Shown here one piece after another: positions 1 through 10,457 of a stretch of 64,000 nucleotides of DNA (position 1 is the first letter of the stretch; every line of letters starts with the position of its first letter). Made by a program: the position numbers and the translations under genes. Under the pieces are notes generated by a model. The model saw nothing but the letters and a program-made list of their open reading frames with translations, did no database searches and was not told where the DNA came from. Source of the stretch: Chloroflexota bacterium (GTDB taxonomy: Bacteria; Chloroflexota; Anaerolineae; Aggregatilineales; J027); NCBI GenBank assembly GCA_013112715.1, contig JABFGB010000024.1, positions 16,896-80,895 on the forward strand, in the 5' to 3' direction.

Positions 1-2487
1 CGCCATCAATCCAAGCGTCAGCCCGCGCAGCATATTGGTTTCGAGACCCAATTTCTCGGCGAATTGAATAGAGGGTACTGATAGCAGTTCGCGGATTTGT
101 CGGCCTGTGATTTGTTCGGGGTCAAGATCAAGCATCGTCTTGGCGCGGGGATTTGCCATGCGTAACGTGCCATCACTGTCAATCAACAGCACCGCTTCGG
201 TCATGCTGTCCAAAATTGCCTGCAAGCGGTCACGGGTGGATTGGATATTTTGGAACAGCAGGCGGCTATCAATCGCAATGCGAGCTTGTGCGCCGACCTG
301 CATCAAAAACAGCATATCTTCCAGTCCAAAACCGTCAGCGGCATTACTTTCGAGCAGAATGGTACCGATGGTCTGGATGTCGCGCAGCAACGGCACACAT
401 AACAAAGAGCGGGTTTCCGTGCGTGGAGTGGCGAAGGTTGGGTCGGCTTTGACATCCGGCACCAGCGTGGCATCGCCCGTATCAAATACGTGTTTGCTGA
501 TACGATTGAGGTTTTCGGATTTTGCTAGGAGTTCCCGTGTGTACCCCAACGCCGCTACCTGTTCAGCCGGACGGTGGTCTTCTTTGAGAGTCAGCACCGC
601 TGCATGAGCGCCCGTTCCTTCGGCGGCGCGTTTAAGTACCCGCTGGAAGATTTCATCACGTTCAAGCTGGGTCGAAAATAGATCGTGGCTCAGTTCTTCC
701 AAAAGCGTTAATTGGTCAACGCGGCGGCTGAGAGCGGCGTCTTTGCTGCTGTACAATTGGGCGTTGCTGATAGCAAGCGCGGCTTGATTGGCGAAAGTGC
801 GTAGGACTTCAATATCCTCATCCCCATGCGGATGGGGCATATCATAATAGACCACTAGTACCCCCAAAATATCTTCGGGGTTACGCATCAACACTTCCAC
901 CCATGAACGTTTGCCATCTTGATCTAAAATGGTGCGCATTTCGGTGGCACGGGTGTCGGTACGGGAATCGGTAATAATTAGAGGTTGTTGGCGATGCGAA
1001 AGGTTGGTTTCGCTGGTGAGTAGCGGATAGGGCGGATCGTGTTTAAGACCATTTGACCGAACTAACGCAATGGTCTGTTTATCTTCGTCCCACCACATAA
1101 AAATGGCCGAAGCGGAAGCCCCCACCACTTGTTGGGCATATGGCCCGATACGATCCAAAACCTGTTGGGCGTCGAGCGTGCTGCTGAGTTGGGCGCTGAC
1201 CCTTGTCAGGGTACGCAATTGGCGGATGCGATCCGATGCCTGTTCATACAATTGGGCGTTTTCGATGGCGAATCCAGCCTGCACTGCAATGGTCATCAAC
1301 AGTCGTTCATCTTTGGCCGTAAATTGGCGCTGTGGGCCGTCTGACCAAACGACAATCGCGCCACTTACCCGTGTCTGGGCAGGTAGGGGCACACCCAACC
1401 ATGAATAGGCCGGAAATTCAATAAAGCCACCATCCATTTTTTCAGCGGATGACCACGCCTCCTGCTGAATTAGCAAAGGGTTGCGGGTAGTGATGATACG
1501 CTCAATTAGGCCTTTGCCGGCCTCCCGTCCGGGGCGTTGCTCAGACTGCCCTGCACGTATATTCAGCGGAAAAGTGAGATAACGCGAACTGGGGTCGTAG
1601 AGAACCACCGAGAAATTTTTGATGTCAAGCAGGGTGGCGACCTGTAGATAAATTGTCTGCAAGAGTGCCTGCAACTCCAGATTGGAGCGCATGGCGTTGC
1701 TGACTGCTGTGATGGTCATGATCTCCTGCAATTGACCTTCATAGCGATGTTGAATTTGGCTAAGACCCTGCACGCCGACGACCAACAGTGCGAAGCCAAT
1801 GACCATCAAGCTAAACGCCAGTAGCGAGATCCCATGATAGGCTACTGCCCCCAAAATCGCTTGGGGTAGGGGTACCAACAGCACACCAATCAGTGATTGC
1901 CAATTAAGGCGCACCACCTCATCCAATTGATGTACCGGAATGGCATTTTGTCGGATATTCAGCACTACAGTCGCCAGATAGACGGCCAGATAGATGCCTA
2001 CTAAAGCTAAAATGGGGAGTGAGTCACCTGCGCTAAAGGATTGGAGGGGGAGATCACCATCAAGCCGTTGATAGGCCCATCCCGCGACTGCAAGCCCGAG
2101 GGTCAATTGGCTGGCGGTACGCAGGGCCGGTTCCCACGTCTTTTGCAAAAGAACTTTGCGATTGTTTTCCCCTTTGGCGTACAGCCGCTGCCCCTCACGA
2201 ATTAGCACTCCACCTAATGACCCAATGGCGACTGCCCACAGCGCCGCTCCCATATCATCCGGTTCGGCCAGTGTCAGAAACGCCATAATGCCGACGGTGT
2301 AGGCTGCGTTGATTTCGCCTTCGGTGAACGTTAGGCCAAAGTTGAGTGCGAAGCCGGTAAGGATGGCAAACAGTACCCAAAGCACTACTGTTTCGCCAGT
2401 GGCATGTGGCGGCATCAGGAGCAAAACAATCAAGGTTGGGATTGCCAGCAGCCAGCCGGGGCGACTGCTTTGGCGCGGGGTTAACAT
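1..2487 (-). CDS. Membrane-anchored multi-GAF/PAS sensor protein, N-terminal 829 codons (3' end runs off the left edge)
   Basis: My own minus-strand translation from ATG at 2487 is open to position 1. It is absent from the ORF track because no stop lies inside the window. The N-terminus is hydrophobic (MLTPRQSSRPGWLLAIPTLIVLLLMPP...). GAF-like blocks follow (WLGVPLPAQTRVSGAIVVWS, SLLCVPLLRDIQTIGTILLES). A PAS-like start (LQAILDSMTEAVLLIDSDGTLRMANPRA) lies near position 200. The plus-strand ORFs 107..607 and 1070..1408 look like antisense artefacts. Confidence 0.7.
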   Translation of the reverse strand, partial: MLTPRQSSRPGWLLAIPTLIVLLLMPPHATGETVVLWVLFAILTGFALNFGLTFTEGEINAAYTVGIMAFLTLAEPDDMGAALWAVAIGSLGGVLIREGQRLYAKGENNRKVLLQKTWEPALRTASQLTLGLAVAGWAYQRLDGDLPLQSFSAGDSLPILALVGIYLAVYLATVVLNIRQNAIPVHQLDEVVRLNWQSLIGVLLVPLPQAILGAVAYHGISLLAFSLMVIGFALLVVGVQGLSQIQHRYEGQLQEIMTITAVSNAMRSNLELQALLQTIYLQVATLLDIKNFSVVLYDPSSRYLTFPLNIRAGQSEQRPGREAGKGLIERIITTRNPLLIQQEAWSSAEKMDGGFIEFPAYSWLGVPLPAQTRVSGAIVVWSDGPQRQFTAKDERLLMTIAVQAGFAIENAQLYEQASDRIRQLRTLTRVSAQLSSTLDAQQVLDRIGPYAQQVVGASASAIFMWWDEDKQTIALVRSNGLKHDPPYPLLTSETNLSHRQQPLIITDSRTDTRATEMRTILDQDGKRSWVEVLMRNPEDILGVLVVYYDMPHPHGDEDIEVLRTFANQAALAISNAQLYSSKDAALSRRVDQLTLLEELSHDLFSTQLERDEIFQRVLKRAAEGTGAHAAVLTLKEDHRPAEQVAALGYTRELLAKSENLNRISKHVFDTGDATLVPDVKADPTFATPRTETRSLLCVPLLRDIQTIGTILLESNAADGFGLEDMLFLMQVGAQARIAIDSRLLFQNIQSTRDRLQAILDSMTEAVLLIDSDGTLRMANPRAKTMLDLDPEQITGRQIRELLSVPSIQFAEKLGLETNMLRGLTLGLMA

Positions 2488-2760
2488 TGGAATCCTATTT
2501 CATCTGGGTCAACAACACCCATGCAGTTTATAACCCGATTCAAAGGTTTGCAAAAATAAATACCCTAGTTTTATGTCGTCCTCTCATTTTGAACGCATTG
2601 TAGTGAAATTGTCAATAAGTGTTGAATATAAAGAACAAAGTTAAGCGGATCATCCTTATCTTTCTATGATTTATTGTACTTCAATTCTTAAAAATCTACC
2701 CTCATTCCAAAAAGATTATGTCACAAGCAATTCGCCTGCCTGCCCGTTATAATTGCCAAT

Positions 2761-3567
2761 ATGACAGCACCAATTTTCGAGCATTTTGACCAATCAACCC
2801 TTCAATCGCACTGGCAACCACTGCTCATCGGCAATGGTCATTTAAAGTTGCATGACTCTCAATTAACCTTTACCGTTGGGCCTGCCACCGAAGATACTTA
2901 TCATGATGCTCAAATTTATGATTATGCCCATCTGCGCCGCCGTGATTATTTATGGCGACCCCCGCTAAAGATGACAGTACGAGCATGGGCTTCGCACTCA
3001 GTTGAAGAGTTGCATGGGACGGCGGGTTTTGGATTTTGGAATCAGCCGTTTATGCCGACGGGCAACGATTTACCCCGTTTGCCACGTGCCGTATGGTTTT
3101 TCTTTGGGTCGCCACCCAATAATATGGCGCTGGCAAAAGATGTGCCGGGATACGGTTGGAAAGCCGCCACCTTTGACGCTCAAAGCCTTAATTTTTTTGC
3201 TATGCTGCCGTTGACCCCGCTTGGATTTTTATTGATGCGAAGTCGAGCTATTTATCGGCGCGTATGGCCGATTGCCCAAAAAGCCATTGGCGTATCTGAA
3301 AAATTACTGACAGTGGACATTGCCACTCCACACACCTATGAACTCGTTTGGCGGCAAAAAAGTGTGGATTTTTCGGTAGATGGTGAAAAGGTGCATCATG
3401 CCCCGTGTGCCCCACGTGGCCCGTTGGGATTTATCGCATGGATTGATAATCAGTATGCCATTGTGACGCCGCAGGGTCGGTTGGGTTTTGGTTTTATCCC
3501 GTTGCCGCATGAACAATCCTTGACGTTGGATTCGATTGAGATACAACCATTAGAGGGAACCGAATGA
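2761..3567 (+). CDS. Hypothetical protein (268 aa)
   Basis: Long ORF starting at ATG after an AT-rich promoter-like region. Its stop overlaps the next gene's start (ATGA at 3564). No motif recognised with confidence. Confidence 0.6.
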   Translation: MTAPIFEHFDQSTLQSHWQPLLIGNGHLKLHDSQLTFTVGPATEDTYHDAQIYDYAHLRRRDYLWRPPLKMTVRAWASHSVEELHGTAGFGFWNQPFMPTGNDLPRLPRAVWFFFGSPPNNMALAKDVPGYGWKAATFDAQSLNFFAMLPLTPLGFLLMRSRAIYRRVWPIAQKAIGVSEKLLTVDIATPHTYELVWRQKSVDFSVDGEKVHHAPCAPRGPLGFIAWIDNQYAIVTPQGRLGFGFIPLPHEQSLTLDSIEIQPLEGTE

Positions 3568-4364
3568 CCTCGACCAAAGGCCGCAAAATCATTGCATTTG
3601 TCAAGGACGTTCCCCTGCGCCAAATGGTTGAAAAAGCAGTAGCCGAATTGGAAGCCGAGGTCGTTTGGGGGCTAGATACTACGCAGGTTGTAAAACAGGT
3701 CGCCGAAATGCGCCCCCTAGCGATTTTGTTGCATTTGGCGCTGTTGGATGAGGTGCGGCGGATAATCCAGACGCTCAAAACCAGCCCCGCCACGCGCCGT
3801 ATTCCAGTGATTGCCTTTGATTATCATTCCGATGAAGAAATAATTCGTCAGGCTGCCGTAACCATTTATCACGATTGGTATTTTAATGCACAGGATGCGA
3901 TAGCCGGAAATATGCGTCCCACACTGGCAGAGATGATTCAGCACAACCTAGATGGGGTGGAAAGAGATTCTCAAAAATTATTTGACCAATGTGCCCAACC
4001 GATGCCCCCAGTGGTAAAGCGGGGACTTGAGGAGTTTAATGCGGGGGAATATTACGAATGCCATGAAACTCTCGAAACAGCATGGATGGAAGAATCTGGC
4101 CCGGTGCGGGATGTGTATCGTGGTATTTTGCAGGTGGCAGTGGCCTACTATCAAATTCAACGCGGCAACTATAACGGGGCGATGAAGATGTTTTTGCGTT
4201 CGTTGCAATGGTTGGAGCCACTGCCCGATCAATGTCAGGGGATTGACATTGCCCAATTTAGAGCCGATGCTTTGCACGCCCGCTTGGTGATGGAGGCACT
4301 TGGCCCGGAACATATGAAAGATTTTGACCGAAATTTACTAAAACCCATTACTTATGAAGTTTAG
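3564..4364 (+). CDS. Pseudo-receiver domain / DUF309-like protein
   Basis: The N-terminal CheY-like layout lacks the acceptor Asp (ILLHLAL where ILLDL is expected). The C-terminal segment EFNAGEYYECHETLETAWMEESGPVRDVYRGILQVAVAYYQIQRGNYNGA matches my memory of the DUF309 signature (F-N-x-G-x-[FY]-x-x-H-E-x-x-E-x-x-W). Confidence 0.6.
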   Translation: MTSTKGRKIIAFVKDVPLRQMVEKAVAELEAEVVWGLDTTQVVKQVAEMRPLAILLHLALLDEVRRIIQTLKTSPATRRIPVIAFDYHSDEEIIRQAAVTIYHDWYFNAQDAIAGNMRPTLAEMIQHNLDGVERDSQKLFDQCAQPMPPVVKRGLEEFNAGEYYECHETLETAWMEESGPVRDVYRGILQVAVAYYQIQRGNYNGAMKMFLRSLQWLEPLPDQCQGIDIAQFRADALHARLVMEALGPEHMKDFDRNLLKPITYEV

Positions 4365-4372
4365 GAGTCAAA

Positions 4373-5161
4373 ATGAACAGGATGATTTACCCTGACCGAT
4401 TTGCGGGTAAGGTGGCCCTCATTACAGGCAGCGGACGGGGCATCGGCAAGGCAATTGCATTGCGAATGGCGGCAGAGGGGGCGGATATTGTTGTTAATTT
4501 TTTCCGCAATCGTGAGCCTGCTGAAGAAACCGCCGCTGAAATTCGCGCATTAGGCCGACGCGCCGCGGTAGTGAAAGCCAATATTGCGGAACAGGATGAA
4601 TTGGAGACTCTTTTTAAAGCTACCCAAGAAGCGTATGGGGGATTGGATTTTCTCATCAACAATGCCGCCTCAGGGTTTAATCGCTCCGTGATGGAACAGC
4701 GGGTCAAGGGCTGGGATTGGACGATGAACATCAACGCCCGCTCTGTTTTGTTCAGTTCCCAATTAGCTGCTCCGATCATGGAGGCGCGCGGCGGCGGGGT
4801 GATTGTCAACCTGAGTAGCATTGGGTCGTTTCGGGTGCTGCCGGAATATGTGGCGGTGGGGGCATCCAAAGCGGCCCTAGAAGCCATTACCCGTTATCTG
4901 GCAGTAGAGCTTGCCCCAAAAGGGATTGTAGTCAACGCGGTTTCGGCGGGGATTGTCGAGACCGATGCTTTGCAACATTTCCCCACTATGAAGGCCGTCA
5001 TGCAAGAACGCTTGGACGCAGCGGCGAATTTTACACCCGCCAAGCGTAATTTGAATGCCGATGATGTTGCCGGGGTCGTAGCGTTTTTGTGTACATCGGA
5101 TGCCGCGATGATGTGTGGACAAGTTGTGTTGGTGGATGGGGGATTTACACTAGGATTTTAG
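4373..5161 (+). CDS. fabL: Enoyl-[acyl-carrier-protein] reductase, FabL-type SDR
   Basis: Motif G-S-G-R-G-I-G-K, then NNAASG, WDWTMNINA, and VGASKAALEAITRYLAVELAPKGIVVNAVSAG. It is near-colinear with Bacillus subtilis FabL as I recall it. Confidence 0.8.
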   Translation: MNRMIYPDRFAGKVALITGSGRGIGKAIALRMAAEGADIVVNFFRNREPAEETAAEIRALGRRAAVVKANIAEQDELETLFKATQEAYGGLDFLINNAASGFNRSVMEQRVKGWDWTMNINARSVLFSSQLAAPIMEARGGGVIVNLSSIGSFRVLPEYVAVGASKAALEAITRYLAVELAPKGIVVNAVSAGIVETDALQHFPTMKAVMQERLDAAANFTPAKRNLNADDVAGVVAFLCTSDAAMMCGQVVLVDGGFTLGF

Positions 5162-5162
5162 G

Positions 5163-5194
5163 AACAAGAGCCGAGGGGGTATTCGGCCCTTGTT
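5163..5194. terminator. Hairpin between convergent genes (fabL / hybrid kinase)
   Basis: AACAAGAGCCGA (5163..5174) pairs with TCGGCCCTTGTT (5183..5194) with one mismatch. The loop is GGGGGTAT. No strong T-tract on either side. Confidence 0.45.
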
Positions 5195-5203
5195 GCAAAC
5201 ACC

Positions 5204-6358
5204 TTATTGAGTGAGCGGAATCTTGATCCAGACGGTTGTGCCTTGCCCCACCGCACTTTCAAGGACAGCGTTGCCATGATGAATTTCGATGATGCGTTGG
5301 GCAATGGGCAGCCCTAAGCCAAAACCTTGCTGCTCCAAGCGGCGATGCTCCAAGCGTTCTGACTGTTGCATGATGCCCCAAACGCGGCGTAGGTCTTCTT
5401 CGCGGATGCCACGTCCAAAATCTTGAACTTCAATCACCCCCATCTCCTCTTCCGCAAAGCCTCGGACGAAGACGGTTTTGTTTGGGCCAGAAAACACGAT
5501 CGCATTGCGGATGATTTCTGAGACGGCTTTTGATAAAACATCCAAAACTCCCTCAACCCGGAGTCCCGGTTGAATTTCAAATTTTAGGGTGACATTCTCT
5601 TGGCGAGCTAAGTCTTCAATGAAGGGGCGGGTGGCTGAAATTAGATTTCCCATATCCACTGGCCCATGCTCTAGTTCATAGATACGTTGGGTTTGACCAC
5701 TTGAAATATCGGTCATAGTAACGGTTTGGTCGGCTAAACGATTTAAGCGAGCAGTACCCAACTGGATCAACCGGAAATATTCTTCAATACCGGGGGTGTC
5801 CTGAAGAAGCTGCTTTTGCGCCATCAATTCTTCCATCAATAAATCGAACCCACCTTTAACATAGGTCAGAGGCGTTCGGAGTTCATGTGAGACCACTTGA
5901 ACAAGGTCATGGCGAATTTTTTCGATCTTATCTTCCATCGTGCGATGGGCGTGTTCAGTGATCTCACGGCTTCGTTTGAGGCGATTGTTGAGGATTAGGA
6001 TAAAATCTTCTGGCTTAAAGGGCTTGACCACATATTGGTCGGCTCCCATCAGCCATCCCTGCCGTACCTGCACATCTTGATCCATCGCGGTGAGGAATAT
6101 AAACGGGATGTCGCGTAGGTTGAGTTTTTCCCGCACGGCCGTAAAAAAATCGTAGCCATTCATACGTGGCATGGCGATGTCGCTGACAATCAGATCCGGC
6201 TTGCGCGGGTTTTTGTTCAAAATTTCCAGTGCTTCAAGCCCGTCGCAGGCAAGTGCTACCTCATAACCATGCACTTCCAACAAACTGGCGGCGCTTTCCC
6301 GAAAATCGGGATTATCTTCCACAAATAAAACTAAATCAGGTACGGTGGGGGCGTCCAT
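5204..6358 (-). CDS. Hybrid response-regulator receiver / histidine kinase
   Basis: N-terminal REC domain (LVLFVEDNPDF...DLIVSDIAMPRMNGYDF). H-box SHELRTPLT. C-terminal HATPase_c (GFGLGLPIAQRIIEIHHG). Confidence 0.85.
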   Translation of the reverse strand: MDAPTVPDLVLFVEDNPDFRESAASLLEVHGYEVALACDGLEALEILNKNPRKPDLIVSDIAMPRMNGYDFFTAVREKLNLRDIPFIFLTAMDQDVQVRQGWLMGADQYVVKPFKPEDFILILNNRLKRSREITEHAHRTMEDKIEKIRHDLVQVVSHELRTPLTYVKGGFDLLMEELMAQKQLLQDTPGIEEYFRLIQLGTARLNRLADQTVTMTDISSGQTQRIYELEHGPVDMGNLISATRPFIEDLARQENVTLKFEIQPGLRVEGVLDVLSKAVSEIIRNAIVFSGPNKTVFVRGFAEEEMGVIEVQDFGRGIREEDLRRVWGIMQQSERLEHRRLEQQGFGLGLPIAQRIIEIHHGNAVLESAVGQGTTVWIKIPLTQ

Positions 6359-6684
6359 AATAAATTATTCCTTTAAATCGCTCTATGGATTTACATTGCC
6401 AGCGTAATCTTTTTCATTCTAGCACGCTTTGACAGGACGATTTCTGAAAAATATATAAAATATTGCTGTGGCACTTTTGCGAGAAAGTTTGGGAACTGCC
6501 TATCTAAGAGGCGTATTACTTGTCAATCCCTCCAGTGGGTAGGTATGGGCAAGTCAAAACTGTGCTAAACTGAAACTATGGTTTGACCAAACTTAAACCC
6601 TATCCTTACCATGTCTCTAGCATAATACATGGCAAGTCCTGTAAACTTCGCCTCAACCGTCCATTATCCAGAGTAAGTAGTCGC

Positions 6685-7473
6685 ATGAATCCCATTTCAA
6701 TCACCTGTAAACACGAAAGCCTTGAAAGTTGTTTGGCCCTCGCTGCTACACAAGGAATTGGCCTAGAAATCCAGTCATTTGCCTTTCCTCCTCTTCTCAA
6801 TGATGATAATTGGGATGAAATGGTGACCTACTATGAAAGCCGACTGCAAAATTTTCACGGCTCTGTGGCACTCCATGGGGCATTTATGGATATGGCCCCC
6901 GGCAGCCCGGACAAAAATTTCCTCCAGATCACCCGTGACCGTACACGGCGAGATTTCGAAATTGCCAAACGCCTCAATGCCAAAACAGTTGTTTTCCATG
7001 CCAACTTTATTGCGACGATCCACAACGATGATTATCGAGAGGGCTGGACAAAGCGGATGGTGGAGTTTTATAAACCAATTGCTCGTGAAGCCGAAAATAT
7101 GGGCTTGTGTGTAGTATTGGAAAATATGTGGGAATTTGACCCATCTATTATTCGACGGGTCGTGGAAGAAGTCGGGTCATCCGCGTTAGCTGCCTGCTTA
7201 GATGTCGGCCATTCACAGCTTTTCTCACATCTGCTTTTGGAAGATTGGCTACAAGACTTGGATGGCTGGATTGCTCATATTCACATCAACAACAACTATG
7301 GTGAGATTGATGAACATCTAGCGCTCGACGACGGGGTATTGGATTACGAAAAAATCCTGCCACGCTTGGCGGAACTGCCGCGTAACCCTACCATTGTACT
7401 TGAAATTGAACGACTAGAGGATATTGAACACAGCCTGTCGTTTTTTAAGCTCCCCCATTCTGAGCAGAATTGA
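6685..7473 (+). CDS. Sugar phosphate isomerase/epimerase (xylose-isomerase-like TIM barrel)
   Basis: Typical family pattern (VVFHANF..., VVLENMWE..., CLDVGHSQL). I prefer the ATG at 6685 over the TTG at 6583 used by the ORF track. Confidence 0.7.
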   Translation: MNPISITCKHESLESCLALAATQGIGLEIQSFAFPPLLNDDNWDEMVTYYESRLQNFHGSVALHGAFMDMAPGSPDKNFLQITRDRTRRDFEIAKRLNAKTVVFHANFIATIHNDDYREGWTKRMVEFYKPIAREAENMGLCVVLENMWEFDPSIIRRVVEEVGSSALAACLDVGHSQLFSHLLLEDWLQDLDGWIAHIHINNNYGEIDEHLALDDGVLDYEKILPRLAELPRNPTIVLEIERLEDIEHSLSFFKLPHSEQN

Positions 7474-8569
7474 GCATCTCCCGATAGACGGCTACTGTTT
7501 GGGCGGCAATTTGAGCCTGTGTGAAGTTTTCTAAGATGCGCTGGCGACCTCGTTTACCCAGCGAAATACAAAAATCCCGGTCTTCCATTAACTGACGCAA
7601 ATGACAGGCGAGTTGCGGAACATCGTTTTCCGGAAATATCAACCCTGCATGACCCACCACATCAGGAATCGCCGCACTATTTGAACCGACCACCGCCACT
7701 TCACTTGCCATCGCCTCAATGATGACTCGTCCATATTGCTCTTTCCAGTTGGGCAGGGTGCGTGAAGGGATGACGAGGGCATCTAGTTGTTGAAGATGCG
7801 ATGGCATCTCGATGGATGGCACAAGCCCAACGAATTCAACCCGACCTGCGATGTTTAAGTGTTCGGCCTGTTGTTCTAGTCGGTTCCGTTCCGGCCCACC
7901 CCCAATAATTTTGAGCCGCCAATCCAAATCCGTCAGGGTGGCAAGGGTGTTCAACAATAAATCCACGCCTTTTTCGGATACAAGTCGCCCCGCGAAACCA
8001 ATCATAAAGGGCATATGTTGGGAGGTGCGTTGAACAGGGGTGAATAATTCGGGGTCAACGCCGAATTGTGGAATAACCGCCATCTTGCCTTGATAGCCCT
8101 TGATACGCCAGACCTCGGCGGAACTTTCTGTACCCACCAGTGCATAATCCACAGTGCGGAGAGCCGTTTGTTCCATCCATGAAAAAGGGGGGGGATAGCG
8201 CCGAGCGATGTTCTGCCAAGAAAAAAAGAGGGTTTTGGCCTCCATCTGGCGGGTCGCCCGCAGCGCCAACCATGTCGCCAGATTATAGGGTTCTTCATCT
8301 ATATGCACGATGTCGGGCTGGAAATCATGAAGCTGTTTGGTAAATTCAGGATAGTAATGCAGGTGGAAATTTCCATTCAAGCGGATGGGAGTCACGGTCA
8401 ATTCATAACCATCGGTAAAAGCCCGCTCCAATTGAGTTTCGCCACGCTCGTCTTTCCATGAGGGTGGGACGAGAACCCGTAAGGTTACATCCGGATGCCG
8501 GGCGATTTCTTCAAGTTTGCGCTGATAGATGCCGACAATGCAGGCTTTGGAAAGCATGAGGACGCGCAT
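7445..8569 (-). CDS. Glycosyltransferase family 4
   Basis: N-terminal MRVLMLSKACIVGIYQRK and a C-terminal GT1/GT4 core (GRLVSEKGVDLL...IPSR...EQYGRVIIEAMASEVAVVGSNSAAIPDVV). Its 3' end overlaps the convergent gene by 29 nt. Confidence 0.8.
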   Translation of the reverse strand: MRVLMLSKACIVGIYQRKLEEIARHPDVTLRVLVPPSWKDERGETQLERAFTDGYELTVTPIRLNGNFHLHYYPEFTKQLHDFQPDIVHIDEEPYNLATWLALRATRQMEAKTLFFSWQNIARRYPPPFSWMEQTALRTVDYALVGTESSAEVWRIKGYQGKMAVIPQFGVDPELFTPVQRTSQHMPFMIGFAGRLVSEKGVDLLLNTLATLTDLDWRLKIIGGGPERNRLEQQAEHLNIAGRVEFVGLVPSIEMPSHLQQLDALVIPSRTLPNWKEQYGRVIIEAMASEVAVVGSNSAAIPDVVGHAGLIFPENDVPQLACHLRQLMEDRDFCISLGKRGRQRILENFTQAQIAAQTVAVYREMLNSAQNGGA

Positions 8570-8723
8570 GGGCGCTCCTTACAATAATTCACGGTTAAGA
8601 CGCGCCCCATACAATACGGCCTGAGTAGACGCTTGTCAACAGAGGGGTAGAAATTTACGAAATTTGGTTTTGGGCCTAAGCCAATTGGGTAGAGGATGTT
8701 TATCCCCTACCCAATACCAGAGG

Positions 8724-9698
8724 TTAATCGCCGCGCATTTTGAGATAACTGCGATAGCGCGATTCGGCAATCTTATCTTGCTCGACTGCCTCGATGATCG
8801 CACAGCCGGGTTCGGTAGTATGGGTGCATCTCATCCCAAAATGACACGCGCCAATCAATGGACGCATCTCGCGGAAAAGGTAGGCGAAATCCTCCCCGGT
8901 CTCGGTTGACCAGATGCCAAATTCGCGCATTCCGGGAGTATCCACAATCCCTCCGCCGATTTGGAGGGGAAACATCTCTTGATGGGTGGTTGTATGTTTA
9001 CCTTTTCCCGTGCGCTGATTGACTTCATTGACTCGCAGGCCGAGGTCGGGTTCAATCGCATTGAGCAAACTAGTTTTACCCACCCCGGATTTGCCCACAA
9101 ATACTGAGATTTTGCCGCTAAGGGTCTCTCGAAATTCGTCTAGGCCTTGTTGTTTGGCGGTACTTGTTAGATAGACCGGATAGCCGATTTGCCGATAAAT
9201 CTCAAGTTCGGTGGGCGGCGCATCTAGTAAGTCCATTTTGGTGATACAAATCACGGCTGGGATTTCGGCGATTTCGGCTGTCGCCAAGTAGCGATCCAGC
9301 ATATTCCATTTGGGGGTAGGATTCGCTGCTGCAAATACCGGAATAATCAAGTCAACGTTGGCGACAATAACTTGCTCAAGCGGTTTCTGGCTTCCACGAT
9401 CTTTAGGATCGGCGGCCAAGCGTGACAATTTATTGCGGCGAGGTAACACCTCTACGATCATGCCAGTTCCATCACCAGAATCGGTTAATACCACTTGATC
9501 GCCAATCGCAATGGGGTCAACGCTCTGAATGTCGTCAACGGCCATTACACGCTTGCTGGCTGAAGATGGGTCGGAATGCCCAAACAGATAGACGAGGTTC
9601 TTCCGCAGTTTACTAGAAATGGTACAGACCAAGACTTGGTCATCCGTGTGAACGGTATAGCTGCCAATGGTTTTTTTGAATACTGTCCCTTGTATCAT
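8724..9698 (-). CDS. rsgA: Ribosome small-subunit-dependent GTPase A
   Basis: Circularly permuted GTPase: NVDLIIPVF, ITKMDL, GKSGVGKTSLLNAI, DTPGMREF. C-terminal zinc knuckle CHFGMRCTHTTEPGCAI. Confidence 0.9.
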   Translation of the reverse strand: MIQGTVFKKTIGSYTVHTDDQVLVCTISSKLRKNLVYLFGHSDPSSASKRVMAVDDIQSVDPIAIGDQVVLTDSGDGTGMIVEVLPRRNKLSRLAADPKDRGSQKPLEQVIVANVDLIIPVFAAANPTPKWNMLDRYLATAEIAEIPAVICITKMDLLDAPPTELEIYRQIGYPVYLTSTAKQQGLDEFRETLSGKISVFVGKSGVGKTSLLNAIEPDLGLRVNEVNQRTGKGKHTTTHQEMFPLQIGGGIVDTPGMREFGIWSTETGEDFAYLFREMRPLIGACHFGMRCTHTTEPGCAIIEAVEQDKIAESRYRSYLKMRGD

Positions 9699-10025
9699 GG
9701 GGATTCCTTGAACTTAAGGCAAATGTGTCAACATGAAAAACGAGGCACGCGGTCATAGAACCCCAAAAGGGTCGCCGCGTCCGCCGGACACATTCTGATA
9801 TGGCGAGGTTTAGTCTGGGAGTAGGGAACTAAAACACTGCGGAATCAGAAGGCACGCCGGGAATGGTTACAAGTGTGACATTGGCAATCCTCATGACGCG
9901 CCTCCTTGTTAAGTATCGTTGCGGAATTTGCTCTACCGTATCACAAACGATAGGAATATGTCAATCAAGAACAGTACCTATGGGGATATGGGATTTGCGT
10001 GATTGGTATATAATCCCCTTAACAC

Positions 10026-10457
10026 GTGTTATTGACCCACCCTGACTTTGAAGGATGTGTAGAGTTGGGTATCTATACGTCGGCAGCAAGTGAAATATTG
10101 GATCGCCTATGGGATAACTATGAGGGTTTTGCCGCCTATTTCCATGCGCGAGATGTCAGTTTGCGTGATCTGGGGCATCTACTTGAAGAAGTGTTTGTTC
10201 CAGCCTATCTGCATGTAAAAAGTAACCTAGACCGGGGTGCTTTATATTCGCTGAACAATGAAATTACCGAAAATGTATTGGGCGGTCTGTTAAATAAGCC
10301 CGGCTTTCGGGATTTGTGGAACGAATGGGATGATCATACCCGCCAAACATTTTTGCAGGAGCCGATTGAAGAATTATTAGGCCGGATTTTATTTGAAGAA
10401 CATGCCGAACAGTTTGCGCGGGTTTTTATTGCCGCTTATGAAAGTCATCGGGCTTGA
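10026..10457 (+). CDS. Hypothetical protein (143 aa, GTG start)
   Basis: ORF only. The composition looks helical. No recognisable motif. Confidence 0.45.
   Translation: MLLTHPDFEGCVELGIYTSAASEILDRLWDNYEGFAAYFHARDVSLRDLGHLLEEVFVPAYLHVKSNLDRGALYSLNNEITENVLGGLLNKPGFRDLWNEWDDHTRQTFLQEPIEELLGRILFEEHAEQFARVFIAAYESHRA

Noticed and set aside
107-1408. Plus-strand ORFs 107..607, 153..452, 1070..1408 and 1129..1344 from the track.
   Set aside because: They lie antisense to a continuous 829-codon minus-strand frame with clear TM, GAF and PAS features. Their Ser/Arg/Cys-rich composition is typical of antisense artefacts.
9699-10025. A 327-nt gap between rsgA and the next gene, examined for an ncRNA (SRP RNA, 6S RNA, riboswitch).
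   Set aside because: I could not match any conserved ncRNA motif by eye. Divergent promoters are the simplest explanation. An Rfam scan would settle it.
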